From NCBI GenBank assembly GCA_964502375.1, contig CAZCWN010000001.1, forward strand, positions 16,278 through 80,277: DNA of 64,000 nucleotides. The letters are read 5' to 3'. Below are positions 18,526-29,347 of the stretch, piece after piece. Origin of the DNA: an uncultured Rhizobium sp. GTDB taxonomy: Bacteria; Pseudomonadota; Alphaproteobacteria; Rickettsiales; UBA1997. The translations under genes were made by a program, and so were the position numbers. Numbering within the stretch: the first letter of the stretch is position 1; each line of letters starts with the position of its first letter. The notes under the pieces are model-generated. The model did not search any database. It saw only the letters and a list, made by a program, of their open reading frames with translations, and was not told the origin of the DNA.

Positions 18526-19576
18526 GCTCGATGCTATTGTTAGCAAATTCCACGAGCTGGAAAAAAAATTGCTTGATCCTGCTTCTTTGGGGCAAAATTT
18601 TGCCAAAATTTCTAAAGAACATTCTGACATGGCGCCAATAGTGGCGCTAATTGAGGAATATAAAAAAACGCAAAAAGAAATTGCTGATATTGATGAAATG
18701 TTGCCTGTTACCGAAGACAAGGACATGAAAGATTTAATGGAGCAAGAGCGTTTTGATCTAAGCAAAAAAATTCCTGAACTTGAACAGCAAATTAAAATTT
18801 CACTTTTACCACGCGACGCAGCGGATGAAAAAAATGCCATATTGGAAGTGCGCGCTGGCACTGGCGGCGAGGAGGCGGCACTTTTTGCTTACAAGCTTTT
18901 TGCTATGTATCAAAAATATGCCGAAAAAAGACGCTGGAAATTTGAAATTCTCTCAATTTCTGACACTGGGCTTGGAGGCTATAAAGACGCTTCCGCTTCA
19001 ATTTCTGGTAAAGGCGTTTTCGCGCGCTTGAAGTTTGAATCAGGCGTACACCGCGTACAACGGGTTCCAGAAACTGAAAACCAAGGGCGGGTCCACACTT
19101 CAGCAGCTACAGTTGCCGTGCTTCCTGAAGCCGAAGAAATTGATATTAAAATTGAAGAAAAAGATTTGCGAATTGATGTGTTTCGTTCAAGCGGCCCGGG
19201 TGGGCAATCAGTGAACACCACTGACTCGGCGGTGAGAATAACCCACATTCCAACTGGCATTGTGGTTTCAATGCAGGATGAAAAATCACAAATTAAGAAT
19301 CGTGAAAAAGCCATGAAGGTTCTGCGTTCACGCTTATATGAAGCTGAACGCGAGAGGACTGACAAAGAACGTGCCGCTAATCGTAAAGAGCAAGTGGGCA
19401 GTGGCGATAGATCAGAGAGAATCAGAACTTACAACTTTCCCCAAAGCCGCGTCACTGATCACCGCATTAACCTTACCAGCTATAGAATTGAGGCAGTGAT
19501 GATAGGGGAATTGGATGAATTTATTGATGCGCTAATTGCCGATGATCAAGCACGCAAATTGGCCGAGAACGAGTAG
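18509..19576 (+). CDS. prfA: peptide chain release factor 1
   Basis: 355 aa with the PET-type tripeptide region (RVPETE), the GGQ motif ([19 protein letters not shown]) and DHR. Confidence 0.97.
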   Translation: MSFTQKLDAIVSKFHELEKKLLDPASLGQNFAKISKEHSDMAPIVALIEEYKKTQKEIADIDEMLPVTEDKDMKDLMEQERFDLSKKIPELEQQIKISLLPRDAADEKNAILEVRAGTGGEEAALFAYKLFAMYQKYAEKRRWKFEILSISDTGLGGYKDASASISGKGVFARLKFESGVHRVQRVPETENQGRVHTSAATVAVLPEAEEIDIKIEEKDLRIDVFRSSGPGGQSVNTTDSAVRITHIPTGIVVSMQDEKSQIKNREKAMKVLRSRLYEAERERTDKERAANRKEQVGSGDRSERIRTYNFPQSRVTDHRINLTSYRIEAVMIGELDEFIDALIADDQARKLAENE

Positions 19577-19828
19577 ATTTATATAGATTTATTAGTGATC
19601 AATTAAGCAAGAAAGCCGTCTAATATTTGGCGAAGTGGAAAATTATTATTAACAGGTTCCACCCTCTAATAGGGGCGGGGCTTAGGAGCTTAACTTTAAA
19701 AAAAATATTTTTTAAGGGCGCTAGATATTCTGTAGAATCACTAAAAACAGCAGTATCTCTGCGAAAAATAGATAAAGATATAGCCTATTTTAGGCGCTAA
19801 TCTTTATTAATTTATAAAGAAGTTCAAA

Positions 19829-19840
19829 AGAGACGTCTCT
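19829..19840. repeat. perfect 12-bp palindrome AGAGACGTCTCT
   Basis: Read directly. It lies in the 304-bp convergent intergenic region, 41 nt beyond the stop of the ileS-like ORF. Confidence 0.9.
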
Positions 19841-19880
19841 AAGACCGCCGAACTCTACTTTGATTTATTAACCCTTCTTC

Positions 19881-20696
19881 TTAGCAAGAAATTCCAACCA
19901 ACAAATCGCCAACATCCAGCTTATTTTCAAAAGAACATTTTGCCCCACTTCTAACGCTTTCAAGGCCCGAAGCACAAATTAGAGAATCAGCAAGAACCTG
20001 CTCTTTTATGTAATTTTCAAAATTTTTTGCTACTTCCAAAATTCGCGGATTGGCAGAAAAAAGATGTAGTTCAATACGATCGGAAATATTGAGATTAGCA
20101 TCTTTGCGGTTTTGCTGAACAGCACGGATTATATCGCGTGCGATGCCTTCATCTTCCAACTCTTTACTAACTTCGATATCAAGAGAAACCAAGCAATCAT
20201 TGGTTGGAAGAGCAGCAATAGCAAATTTTTTTTCATCCTGATTTTTGGTGGCAAGCTTCAACTCAAACTCATCATCAATTAATTTTATACCTGCTATTTC
20301 AATTTCTTTTTCAGAAATTTTTTGCCATTTCCCCTCTTTGGCTGCAGCTGTAATTTCTTTAATTTTAGGGCCATATTTTGCACCAATTTTCTTAAAATTT
20401 ATCTGCAATTTTAATTCTGCCAAATCAGAAATTTCTTCTTTAATTTCCACTGATTTTACATTCACTTCATCAGCAATAATTTCTTTAAATGGCAAAATTT
20501 TGTGAGCGTTTTTTCCTATAACGGTAAGCAATTTAAGCGGCAATCTGACGCGTAAATTTTTGTTATCACGGATAGATAAAGCCACGCTACACACGGCGCG
20601 AACCAAGTCCATATCAGAAACCAATTCTTTTTCCTCACGCAAAAAAGAAAGGTTGGGAAAATCTTGTAAATGAACGGAAATTTTACGATCAATCAT
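19881..20696 (-). CDS. isoleucyl-tRNA synthetase (type 2) C-terminal region only: truncated remnant or stand-alone domain
   Basis: The 271-aa intact ORF aligns by eye with the last ~270 aa of type-2 IleRS (SVHL.DFP, VR.PL, ..EVNVK.VE, IN.KK.G.KYG.K...I, V.LD.....EL..EGIARD..R..Q..RK.A.L...DRI.L). There is no catalytic HIGH/KMSKS domain. purM ends 2 nt upstream. Confidence 0.8.
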   Translation of the reverse strand: MIDRKISVHLQDFPNLSFLREEKELVSDMDLVRAVCSVALSIRDNKNLRVRLPLKLLTVIGKNAHKILPFKEIIADEVNVKSVEIKEEISDLAELKLQINFKKIGAKYGPKIKEITAAAKEGKWQKISEKEIEIAGIKLIDDEFELKLATKNQDEKKFAIAALPTNDCLVSLDIEVSKELEDEGIARDIIRAVQQNRKDANLNISDRIELHLFSANPRILEVAKNFENYIKEQVLADSLICASGLESVRSGAKCSFENKLDVGDLLVGISC

Positions 20697-20698
20697 GT

Positions 20699-21691
20699 TT
20701 ATGCTAATTGTCCAATTATAAAGGCTTCTTCATTTTGAGCTTTTAGAATTTGCAGAATTTCATCTTCACAGCCCTTTTCAACTACTAGAACCATGCCCAC
20801 TCCGCAGTTAAATGTGCGATGCATTTCTTCATCGCTAACATTTCCTAATTTTTGTAAATAGTTGAAGATTTCAGGGCGTAACCAAGAATTATAATCTATT
20901 TTCGGCGTTACATTTTTTGATAGAACGCGTGGTAAATTTTCAGTTAGACCGCCTCCTGTAATATGCGCCAAAGCCTTGATTTTATTAGTTTCAATTGCTT
21001 TTAGACAGGATTTTACATAAATTTTGGTTGGCGCTAATAACGCTTCACCAGCAGTTTTTTCGCCAAAAACTTTATCAGAAAATTTTACAGAATTTTTTTG
21101 CAAAATAAAGCGTGCCAAAGAATAGCCATTAGAATGCACGCCACTTGAAGCTAAGCCAATTAACACATCGCCTGCTTTAGTTTCGCGCGGTAAAATTTTA
21201 TCTCTCTCAACTGCGCCAACGGCGAATCCGGCTAAGTCGTAGTCTCCTGCTGCATACATTCCTGGCATTTCCGCAGTTTCGCCACCAATCAAGGCGCATC
21301 CCGCCTGTTTGCAACCTTCGGCAATTCCTTTAATTACTTGGCTTGCTACTTCCACATCTAATTTCGAACAGGCAAAATAATCTAAGAAAAAAAGTGGCTC
21401 GGCACCTTGAACCACAAGGTCATTCACTGACATCGCGACCAAATCAATTCCGATTGTATCATGTTTGCCAACTTCAATTGCTACCTTTAATTTTGTGCCC
21501 ACGCCATCAGTTGAAGAAACCAAAACCGGGTCTTTAAAATTACATTTTTTTAAATCAAATAAAGCACCGAAGCCTCCCAAATCAGAGTCAGCTCCCAAAC
21601 GTTTGGTTGATTTAGCAAAAGGTTTTATACGGTTAACAAGGTCATTTCCGGCATCAATATCCACGCCGGATTGCTTGTAATTAAGAGACAT
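20699..21691 (-). CDS. purM: phosphoribosylformylglycinamidine cyclo-ligase (AIR synthetase)
   Basis: 330 aa with YK.SGVDIDAGN, GGFG.LF, DGVGTK, GGETAEMPG and HITGGG. Confidence 0.97.
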   Translation of the reverse strand: MSLNYKQSGVDIDAGNDLVNRIKPFAKSTKRLGADSDLGGFGALFDLKKCNFKDPVLVSSTDGVGTKLKVAIEVGKHDTIGIDLVAMSVNDLVVQGAEPLFFLDYFACSKLDVEVASQVIKGIAEGCKQAGCALIGGETAEMPGMYAAGDYDLAGFAVGAVERDKILPRETKAGDVLIGLASSGVHSNGYSLARFILQKNSVKFSDKVFGEKTAGEALLAPTKIYVKSCLKAIETNKIKALAHITGGGLTENLPRVLSKNVTPKIDYNSWLRPEIFNYLQKLGNVSDEEMHRTFNCGVGMVLVVEKGCEDEILQILKAQNEEAFIIGQLA

Positions 21692-21772
21692 TTTTCTTGC
21701 GAATTAAAAGTTGATGGGAATCTTGCCTGACATGGCTTCATGAGACTTTTCAATATTTCAGCAAAATCAGAT

Positions 21773-22837
21773 ATGTCGAGATTTTTTTCGTTTTTTTTAC
21801 TTATTTTTCTTGTATGGTCTGAGGGTAACAAAGCTGCAGCAGCCAATATTTATCTGGTTGAGAATGTTACTTCAAGTGTAAACTCAAAATCACCAGCTAT
21901 GGCTCGCAGCCTTGCCGTTGCAGGCGCCAGAAGGGATGCTTTTTTAATTTTACTTACCCGCCTGGAATTAAACCCTGCCCTAGCCGATACTGTGAATGAC
22001 GAAGAAATTTCTGACATGGTGCATTCCGAACAAATTGATAATGAAAAAATTGCCGGCAACAGCTATTCCGCCACTTTTAATATCTTTTTTGCCAAAGATT
22101 TTGTTGATCATATTTTATCCAAAAAGAGCCTAAAAAAATTGGCGGAGGATGAACAAAAAATCGAGGAAACTTACCTGCTCATCCCGGTTAAAATGCTGCA
22201 TCGCAAAGCCATTTTATGGGAAGAAGATAATGATTGGAAAAGGGCAATTGAGAAAAATCTGAAGAAGGCAAAAGGCAAATTTGTTGTTCCCACTGCTGAT
22301 ATCAATAATATTGGTTTTCTGAATCGCGAAAGCGTAATGAATGCAGACTATAGTGCTCTAGAGCCACTATTATCCAAATATAAATCCAGCGCTGCCTATA
22401 TTTTGTTTTTTTCTTACGATGAAGTCGAAAATAAAGTCACCGTTAACATTGTTCACATCCGCAAACTGCAAAAAAAACAAACCAAGCTCAGCTTTATTAA
22501 CGCCGATCGTTTAAGATATGAGACTCTATTAGATAAAATTTCTGCCAAAACGCTTGATTATATTGCCTCTAACCAAATTTTGGAAAGTAAAACAATAAAT
22601 ACAAATTTGGTTCAGATTAAAATTCCTATAACCAGTTTGGGCAATTGGTTGATGATTAAGAATAAAATCGAGAGCAGCAATTTAGTCAGCCAGCTAAATA
22701 TTGAGTCACTTTCTCGCGATTACGCTGTAGTTTCAGTAAGTTACACCGACCCTAACACCAACATTATGGATGCCTTCTTAAAAATTGGTCTGGTGCTCGA
22801 AAAAAAATCAGAAAACTCTTATATTTTAACAAACTAA
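21773..22837 (+). CDS. conserved secreted protein of unknown function (possibly DUF2066-like)
   Basis: I chose the ATG at 21773 because it gives a clean signal peptide (MSRFFSFFLLIFLVWSEGNKAAAA). I recognise no catalytic motif. A position divergent from purM and upstream of an AI-2E transporter recurs in proteobacteria, to my recollection. Confidence 0.5.
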   Translation: MSRFFSFFLLIFLVWSEGNKAAAANIYLVENVTSSVNSKSPAMARSLAVAGARRDAFLILLTRLELNPALADTVNDEEISDMVHSEQIDNEKIAGNSYSATFNIFFAKDFVDHILSKKSLKKLAEDEQKIEETYLLIPVKMLHRKAILWEEDNDWKRAIEKNLKKAKGKFVVPTADINNIGFLNRESVMNADYSALEPLLSKYKSSAAYILFFSYDEVENKVTVNIVHIRKLQKKQTKLSFINADRLRYETLLDKISAKTLDYIASNQILESKTINTNLVQIKIPITSLGNWLMIKNKIESSNLVSQLNIESLSRDYAVVSVSYTDPNTNIMDAFLKIGLVLEKKSENSYILTN

Positions 22838-22843
22838 AATCGG

Positions 22844-23899
22844 ATGAAAACCAAAGACAAAATCATCTCGATAGGCCTGATTCTAGGGGCCTTTTTCTGG
22901 CTCCTTTATTTAATTAGCCCGGTTCTAGCACCATTTATTTTTTCTCTGGTAGTTGCCTATTTTCTGAACCCGTTGGTCAATTATTTACACCAAAAATACA
23001 AATTATCGCGCCTTACAGCCACTTCGCTTATATTGGGTTTATTTATTGCTCTAGCGAGCACAATTATTGCCGTTTTATTACCAATAATTTACAGCCAACT
23101 TCTCGCTTTAATTGATTCTTTACCGACATATTTCAATAGTTTGGCCAATAACTTTTATCCCCTTATCAGCGAACATCTGAACCGCTTTGGATTCAAACTA
23201 CAAACTAGCTTTTCTAATCTTATTGAAAGCCAAAATTTTGCTTCCCGCTTCGTTGGTTTGACCAAAAATATTCTTAATAATGCTGTCGAGTCTTCGTTAA
23301 GCTTCATCAATATTTTATCGCTAATTTTCATCACTCCAATTCTGATTTTCTACTTACTGAAAGATTGGGACATTCTGGTAGCTAAAATTAATGATTATTT
23401 GCCCCGCAGCCTTTCTTCTTCGGTTAAAAAAATCGCCAAAGATATGGATGCAACTTTGTCTGGCTATGTACGCGGCCAGTTCAATGTCTGCCTTATTTTA
23501 AGTATAATTTATTCTACTTTGCTTAGTTTCACCGGCCTTAATTTTGGTTTTCTGATTGGATTTTTAACCGGCCTGTTCTCTTTCATCCCTTATGTGGGAA
23601 TGCTTTCTGGTGTTACTACCGCCTTTACCGTCGCCCTATTCCAATGGGGCCTTGATTTTAATGGCCTAATCATGGTTGTAGCAGTCTTTATTGTTGGCCA
23701 ACTTATTGAAGCAAATTTTTTAACTCCAAAACTGATTGGTGCCAGAATTGGCCTTCATCCGGTTTGGATTATTTTCGGCCTTTTTGTTTTCGGCGTTTTA
23801 TTTGGCTTTATCGGAATATTATTTGCTGTGCCACTTACCGCTATTTGCGGTGTAGTCATCAAACATCTTGCGCTGGAATACAAAAAGCGGTTTACGTAG
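22844..23899 (+). CDS. AI-2E family transporter (PerM/UPF0118)
   Basis: 351 aa, about 8 TM segments. The G...FIPY.G and P..I..G.......G..G...A.P blocks are typical of the family. Confidence 0.85.
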   Translation: MKTKDKIISIGLILGAFFWLLYLISPVLAPFIFSLVVAYFLNPLVNYLHQKYKLSRLTATSLILGLFIALASTIIAVLLPIIYSQLLALIDSLPTYFNSLANNFYPLISEHLNRFGFKLQTSFSNLIESQNFASRFVGLTKNILNNAVESSLSFINILSLIFITPILIFYLLKDWDILVAKINDYLPRSLSSSVKKIAKDMDATLSGYVRGQFNVCLILSIIYSTLLSFTGLNFGFLIGFLTGLFSFIPYVGMLSGVTTAFTVALFQWGLDFNGLIMVVAVFIVGQLIEANFLTPKLIGARIGLHPVWIIFGLFVFGVLFGFIGILFAVPLTAICGVVIKHLALEYKKRFT

Positions 23900-23946
23900 A
23901 GAACGTCCTATTTAAAGCCCTTCGTACTTATAAATTAGCCCCACCT

Positions 23947-24843
23947 TTATTTTTCTCTCGTTACCACAAATTCTGTTAAATCCATCAATAGCGCTGCTTT
24001 CGCACCAAAAATTTTTAGATGAGCAATGGATTGTTCTTTTAGTAATTCCAATTGTTTTTGCGCATGCTCCATACCAACAACATCAACAATACTGGTGTTT
24101 TCTTTTGGTTTTTTATGGATTGTTTCATCGATTTCCATCTTGCCGATATTGGTTCCGTAATGATCAAGGATATCGTCTTTAATTTGAAAGGCCAAACCCA
24201 AATCATGAGCGTAATAACGCAGCGCGTGGCGCTCATTTACTCCTGCGCGTCCAATAATAGCGCCCATTTCTGCCGAGGCCATAAAGAGCTCGCCGGTTTT
24301 TAAACGGTGCAATTTTGCTAATTCTTCCTTGGAAATTTTTTGTTCTGATTTTTCCAGATCAATCATCTGTCCACCTACCATTCCCATAAAGCCGGCTGCT
24401 CTGGCCAGGGTTTTAATTAATTCGCATCTAACCTGAGGATCTACATGCGCTTCAGGGTTGGCCAAAATTTCAAAGGCACATGTTAATAAGGCATCTCCAG
24501 CTAGGATTGCCGTGGCTTCGTCAAATTTTTTGTGGCAAGTAGGCAGGCCTCTCCTTATCTCATCATCATCCATTGCTGGTAAATCGTCATGAATAAGGGA
24601 ATAGACGTGAACAAATTCCACTGCCACCGCCGCCTCCAGTGCCGCCAGGGGGGAAACTCCGAAAATATTAGAAGCGGCAATCACCAAAAAAGGACGGATT
24701 CTTTTGCCTCCTGAAAGAGCACTATAGCGCATCGCCTCAACTAATTTTGAATCGCTGAAATCACGCGGCAACAGCTCACTCATACGTCTTTGAGTTAGGA
24801 CGGCGCAGGCAGCGAGAGATTCGGTGAGAGAATTACTAATCAT
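23947..24843 (-). CDS. ispA: polyprenyl (farnesyl/geranylgeranyl) diphosphate synthase
   Basis: First DDxxxxD motif ([17 protein letters not shown]) and second DDxxD motif (QIKDDILD). Confidence 0.9.
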   Translation of the reverse strand: MISNSLTESLAACAVLTQRRMSELLPRDFSDSKLVEAMRYSALSGGKRIRPFLVIAASNIFGVSPLAALEAAVAVEFVHVYSLIHDDLPAMDDDEIRRGLPTCHKKFDEATAILAGDALLTCAFEILANPEAHVDPQVRCELIKTLARAAGFMGMVGGQMIDLEKSEQKISKEELAKLHRLKTGELFMASAEMGAIIGRAGVNERHALRYYAHDLGLAFQIKDDILDHYGTNIGKMEIDETIHKKPKENTSIVDVVGMEHAQKQLELLKEQSIAHLKIFGAKAALLMDLTEFVVTREK

Positions 24844-27698
24844 AATGATTTTGCCAAATATTTCCCAGTTACTGATTTTTTATTTTTGGCAATTTCCTCT
24901 GGAGTGCCTTCAGCCACAATATAGCCCCCTTTTTCACCGCCGCATGGGCCGATATCGATAATATGATCAGCAGTTTTTAGAACATCAAGATTATGCTCAA
25001 TCACTAAAATCGAATTGCCGGCATCCACCAGTTTATGAAGAACTTTCAGCAATTTATTGATATCTTCAAAATGCAGGCCAGTGGTTGGTTCATCTAAAAT
25101 GTAAAGTGTATCCCCTGTTGCTTTACGGCTTAATTCTTTAGCCAATTTTATTCTTTGCGCTTCACCACCGGAAAGGGTTGTGGCGCTTTGACCAATTTTG
25201 ATATATCCCAACCCAACTTCAGCAAGTGATTTAAATTTTTCGTGAATATGAGGCATTTGTGAGAAGAAATCTAAAGCATCATCTACTGTCATTTCCAGAA
25301 TGTCAGAAATAGATTTTTCTCTGTATTTTATTTCTAACGTCTCGCGATTATAGCGCTTGCCATGGCAAGTGTCGCAGCGTACATAAACATCTGGCAAGAA
25401 ATGCATTTCAATTTTGATTAAACCATCACCTTGGCAAGTTTCACAGCGCCCACCTTTAACGTTAAAAGAAAATCTACCCACTTTATAACCACGCGCTTTT
25501 GATTCCGGTAGAGAGGTAAAAAATTCACGAATAAAAGTGAAAGCCCCAACATAAGTGCACGGATTAGAACGAGGCGTACGCCCAATCGGTGATTGATCAA
25601 TTTCAATTATTTTATCAATGAAATGAGCTCCCGACAATGACTCATAAGGGCCAGGCATTACTTTGGCTTTATTGACGAGTTTATTAAGGGCCGGATAAAG
25701 CGTTTTAATAATCAAGCTGGACTTGCCTCCGCCCGAAATTCCTGACACGGCAGAAAAAATTTTCAGAGGCAGATTTAGCGTAACATTCTTCAGATTATTA
25801 ATAGTGGCGCCCTTCAGCGTGATCATTTTCTTTGGATCAATTTTGCGGCGCGTTTTTGGCACTTCGATTTTTTTTCGTCCGCTTAAATATTGGCCGGTGA
25901 TGCTTTTAGGATCTTTAATTACTTGTTGTGGCAATCCCTCAGAAATAATTTCGCCGCCATGAATTCCAGCCCCAGGACCTACGTCAATCAAATATTGGGC
26001 TTCGCGCATCATCTCTTCATCATGCTCTACCACGATCACTGAATTTCCTAAATCGCGCAAATTTTTTAGGGTGGTAATCAATTTATCATTATCGGATTGA
26101 TGCAGGCCAATGGAAGGCTCATCAAGCACATAAAGAACACCGGAAAGACCAGAGCCAATTTGTGAAGCCAAGCGAATCCTTTGTGCTTCACCGCCAGACA
26201 AGGTGCCGGCCTCACGATTTATAGTTAGATATTCCAAACCAACATTACGCAAAAAACCCAGACGCCGCATGATTTCTTTCAACAACCTTTCAGCAATTTG
26301 ATTTTGCATTGAGGTTAATTTTTTCGGCAATTCTGCAAACCATTCAACTGAGCGCTCTACGGACATTTTGCTAACTTCACCAATATGTGAACCATTGATT
26401 TTAATTGATAGAGCTTGCTCATTTAAACGGTGACCCTGGCATTTTTCACAGGTTTTCAGCGTTTGAAATTTTCCCATATCATCACGCGCTGATTCGCTCT
26501 CACTTTCTAAATATCTTTTTTTCAAGCTATTCACTACGCCTTCAAAAGCCTTTTTGACCTTGATTGACTTGAGCCCATCTTCAATTTTTATTTCTACTTC
26601 TTCATTACCGGTTCCATAAAAAATCTTTTGCTTAACTTCTTCAGGAAGAGTTCGAAATGGCACATCAAGGCTAAATTTATAGTGAGAGGCCATGGCTTGA
26701 AGAACCTGCTGATAAAAACGCTCTTGCACACCTTGCCACACATTGATTGCACCTTGGCGCAGCGAAAGATTTTCGTCTTCAACCACCAAATCTGGGTTAA
26801 AATATAGTTCCGTTCCCAAACCATCGCAATGTTTGCACGCACCGAAAGGTGAGTTAAAAGAGAAAAGCCTTGGCTCAATTTCAGAAATTGTAAAACCGGA
26901 CACAGGGCAAGAAAATTTTTCGCTAAAAATTAACATATCACCCGCTTTATGGGAAGATTTTGTGCTTTCTGGCAAGCTGACAATTTCAACATAAAGCAGA
27001 CCATCAGAAATTTTTAATGCGGTCTCAACTGAGTCAGCAAGCCGGTTTCCAAGATCTTCTGAAATCACTATGCGGTCGATAATAATCTCGATATCATGCT
27101 TTTTATTTTTATCGAGCGCCGGAAGAATTTCGTTTAAATCATGAACTTTTCCGTCAACTTTAATGCGCTGGAAGCCTTGTTTACGGGCATTCATCATCTC
27201 TTTGCGATATTCACCTTTTTGGCCGCGAACGATTGGCGCAAGCAAGTAAATCCGCGTTCTTTTTGGTAGAGATAAAATTTTATCAACCATTACCGAGGCA
27301 GATTGGCTTTCAATTGGTTTGCCTGTAGCGGGTGAAATAGGCACGCCAATACGCGCAAATAAAAGGCGGAAATGATCATAGATTTCTGTTACCGTTCCAA
27401 CTGTTGAGCGTGGATTGCGCGAAGTGGTTTTTTGGTCAATAGCGATTGCTGGAGAAAGTCCGGTGATTGACTCAACATCAGGCTTATCTTGCATATCAAG
27501 AAACTGGCGCGCATAAGCAGAAAGGCTTTCAATAAAGCGACGCTGACCTTCAGCATAAATAGTGTCAAAAACCAACGACGATTTTCCCGAGCCACTTAAG
27601 CCCGTTACAACCACCAATTGGTTTTTTGGAATTTCAATATTGACGTTTTTTAGATTATGCTCTTTAGCGCCGGTAACTTTTATGAATTTTTCTTCCAT
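24840..27698 (-). CDS. uvrA: excinuclease ABC subunit A
   Basis: 952 aa. Two ABC modules ([18 protein letters not shown]), two LSGGE signatures and Cys-rich Zn modules (CPVSG...[14 protein letters not shown]...CDTCHG). Confidence 0.98.
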   Translation of the reverse strand: MEEKFIKVTGAKEHNLKNVNIEIPKNQLVVVTGLSGSGKSSLVFDTIYAEGQRRFIESLSAYARQFLDMQDKPDVESITGLSPAIAIDQKTTSRNPRSTVGTVTEIYDHFRLLFARIGVPISPATGKPIESQSASVMVDKILSLPKRTRIYLLAPIVRGQKGEYRKEMMNARKQGFQRIKVDGKVHDLNEILPALDKNKKHDIEIIIDRIVISEDLGNRLADSVETALKISDGLLYVEIVSLPESTKSSHKAGDMLIFSEKFSCPVSGFTISEIEPRLFSFNSPFGACKHCDGLGTELYFNPDLVVEDENLSLRQGAINVWQGVQERFYQQVLQAMASHYKFSLDVPFRTLPEEVKQKIFYGTGNEEVEIKIEDGLKSIKVKKAFEGVVNSLKKRYLESESESARDDMGKFQTLKTCEKCQGHRLNEQALSIKINGSHIGEVSKMSVERSVEWFAELPKKLTSMQNQIAERLLKEIMRRLGFLRNVGLEYLTINREAGTLSGGEAQRIRLASQIGSGLSGVLYVLDEPSIGLHQSDNDKLITTLKNLRDLGNSVIVVEHDEEMMREAQYLIDVGPGAGIHGGEIISEGLPQQVIKDPKSITGQYLSGRKKIEVPKTRRKIDPKKMITLKGATINNLKNVTLNLPLKIFSAVSGISGGGKSSLIIKTLYPALNKLVNKAKVMPGPYESLSGAHFIDKIIEIDQSPIGRTPRSNPCTYVGAFTFIREFFTSLPESKARGYKVGRFSFNVKGGRCETCQGDGLIKIEMHFLPDVYVRCDTCHGKRYNRETLEIKYREKSISDILEMTVDDALDFFSQMPHIHEKFKSLAEVGLGYIKIGQSATTLSGGEAQRIKLAKELSRKATGDTLYILDEPTTGLHFEDINKLLKVLHKLVDAGNSILVIEHNLDVLKTADHIIDIGPCGGEKGGYIVAEGTPEEIAKNKKSVTGKYLAKSL

Positions 27699-27718
27699 GA
27701 AATAAGAAATTAAATTAT

Positions 27719-28768
27719 CTATTTGAGTTGCTCTGTTGCTTCATCCTGTACTTTTCTTAGCTCTGCATCATTAAGAGGGATAAGGCCTTTTTGCAATAAA
27801 TAACCATCACTGCCGATAGTATTTTTACTAATAATTTCTGTGGTGAATTCGCGCATACCAGGAATTAAATTTAGATGTTCTTTTTTCAAATAAATGAAGA
27901 GTGGACGAGAAGCAGGGTAGGCCCGCGAAACAATGCTATCAAAGGTGGGGATTACATTATTTATTGTTGCCGGCTGAATTACATAACGATTTTCTTCCAG
28001 AAATGAAAAGCCAAAAATTCCTAAGGCATCATGATCATTATTCAACTTTTGTACAATCAGATTATCATTCTCGCCTGCTTCAATGAATCTGCCATCACTG
28101 CGAATTACATGACATTTTTTCCTACGCACTTTGGCATCAGGATAGGCCGAAACAAATTCAGCCATATTCATACAAGCATCTTCCATAATCAGCTCAACAA
28201 AAGCATCCCGCGTGCCTGAAGTTGTAGGAGGGCCATAAATTGTAATATTTATTGATGGCAATTTTGCATCAATATCGCTCCATTTTTTGTAAGGATTGGC
28301 AATCAATTCTAGATTTTCTTTGCTTGGAACTTTTTCAGCCAAGGCCAAAAAAATGTGCTTTTTTGTAAATCTAAATTTTGTACCAGAGACTGAATTGGCA
28401 AGGACTATACCGTCATAACCAATTTTAATTTCGAGGGGATCTTTTACGCCATTTTCAGCGCATTTTTTTAATTCACTGGGTTCGATTCTGCGCGAGGCAT
28501 TGGAGAAATCTGGATAATTATAACCCACCCCTGAACAAAAAAGTTTAAAGCCACCACCGGTGCCTGTTGCTTCAATAATGGGAGTTTTAAATTTCGTCTC
28601 ACGCCCAAAACTTTCCGCGATTACTGAAGCGAAAGGATAAACTGTGGAAGATCCCACCACTTGAATATAATCCCTTTTTGAAGCCTGAAATTTTCCCACA
28701 AAAGGATTGGCCATAGCTGCAAAGCAAATTAAAAAAGCCCAAACCGTAAGAAAAAAAAATCGCAACAT
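27719..28768 (-). CDS. pstS: phosphate ABC-transporter substrate-binding protein (PstS family)
   Basis: 349 aa with a signal peptide and the blocks [18 protein letters not shown] and TSGTRD typical of PstS-type binding proteins. No pstCAB genes are adjacent. Confidence 0.8.
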   Translation of the reverse strand: MLRFFFLTVWAFLICFAAMANPFVGKFQASKRDYIQVVGSSTVYPFASVIAESFGRETKFKTPIIEATGTGGGFKLFCSGVGYNYPDFSNASRRIEPSELKKCAENGVKDPLEIKIGYDGIVLANSVSGTKFRFTKKHIFLALAEKVPSKENLELIANPYKKWSDIDAKLPSINITIYGPPTTSGTRDAFVELIMEDACMNMAEFVSAYPDAKVRRKKCHVIRSDGRFIEAGENDNLIVQKLNNDHDALGIFGFSFLEENRYVIQPATINNVIPTFDSIVSRAYPASRPLFIYLKKEHLNLIPGMREFTTEIISKNTIGSDGYLLQKGLIPLNDAELRKVQDEATEQLK

Positions 28769-29296
28769 ACCGCTTTTGGGATTGGATTAATTGAAAGATA
28801 AAATTTAAAGAAGGCTCTGTCTAAAAGGCGGACAAACGCTGCAAAACTGGGCGTACGATCATTGAAAACTTTTTCCAAAAGTCAAGTTGAAGAGGGTTTA
28901 AAAATCAGATGCAGCTAACTTTTTCTAACTGTGATTTATTTTTTTGCTAGAAGCCTAAGAAAAATCATTTAGACTTAAATAATATATCGCCCCGCCCGCC
29001 CTTCTCCTTAGCACTGCTATATGCAACAGAGTGAAATTTGACTAGATTGAGAACATTAATCACATAGATATTATTTTCCTCGCCCCTACTGAACTTTAAT
29101 CTAAGAACCCAAATTAATTAAGACGATATATAAATGCGCTTTTAGAAGATTAGCTAAGTCATTTAATACTAACCTTGCCCTAATACAAATTAACTTGTAT
29201 AAACCAAATTATTGGTCTTGTAGAGCAAAGCAGCAAAAGCTGCTTTAGAAAGTTATCATAAACAAATAGGCTTATTTCTGATTCAAGAAAGTCAAT

Positions 29297-29347
29297 GATA
29301 TTCCCTAATATAAGATATTCCCTAATATAAGATATTCCCTAATATAA
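29297..29347. repeat. three perfect tandem copies of a 17-bp unit GATATTCCCTAATATAA
   Basis: Read directly: units at 29297-29313, 29314-29330 and 29331-29347. Each unit contains the inverted pair ATATT-CCCT-AATAT. The array lies 113-163 nt upstream of the bamA ATG. Confidence 0.95.

Noticed and set aside
18442-18861. 139-aa minus-strand ORF overlapping the prfA 5' end. Similar long antisense ORFs occur at 18979..19365, 37281..37655, 50845..51240, 57295..57675, 16767..17147 and 2856..3191.
   Set aside because: All lie fully antisense to, or out of frame with, strongly supported conserved genes. They have low-complexity Ser/Ile/Phe-rich translations typical of shadow ORFs and no recognisable motifs.
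19640-19700. Possible tRNA-like or two-piece tmRNA acceptor region (GGTTCCACC ... GGGGCGGGGC)
   Set aside because: I could not build a 7-bp acceptor stem with a G3:U70 pair, there is no T-loop consensus (GTTCRANYC), and no tag-like reading frame is nearby. The resemblance is superficial.
21692-21772. Possible purine or ZTP riboswitch in the purM 5' region
   Set aside because: The 80-nt divergent spacer lacks the conserved ZTP (GGGTCGTGACTGGCG...CCGCCTGGGCA-like) and purine riboswitch cores and is too short and AT-rich.
29297-29347. Possible CRISPR array
   Set aside because: The three 17-bp units are directly adjacent with no spacers, the unit is shorter than CRISPR repeats, and there are no cas genes in the window. 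It is a simple tandem repeat.
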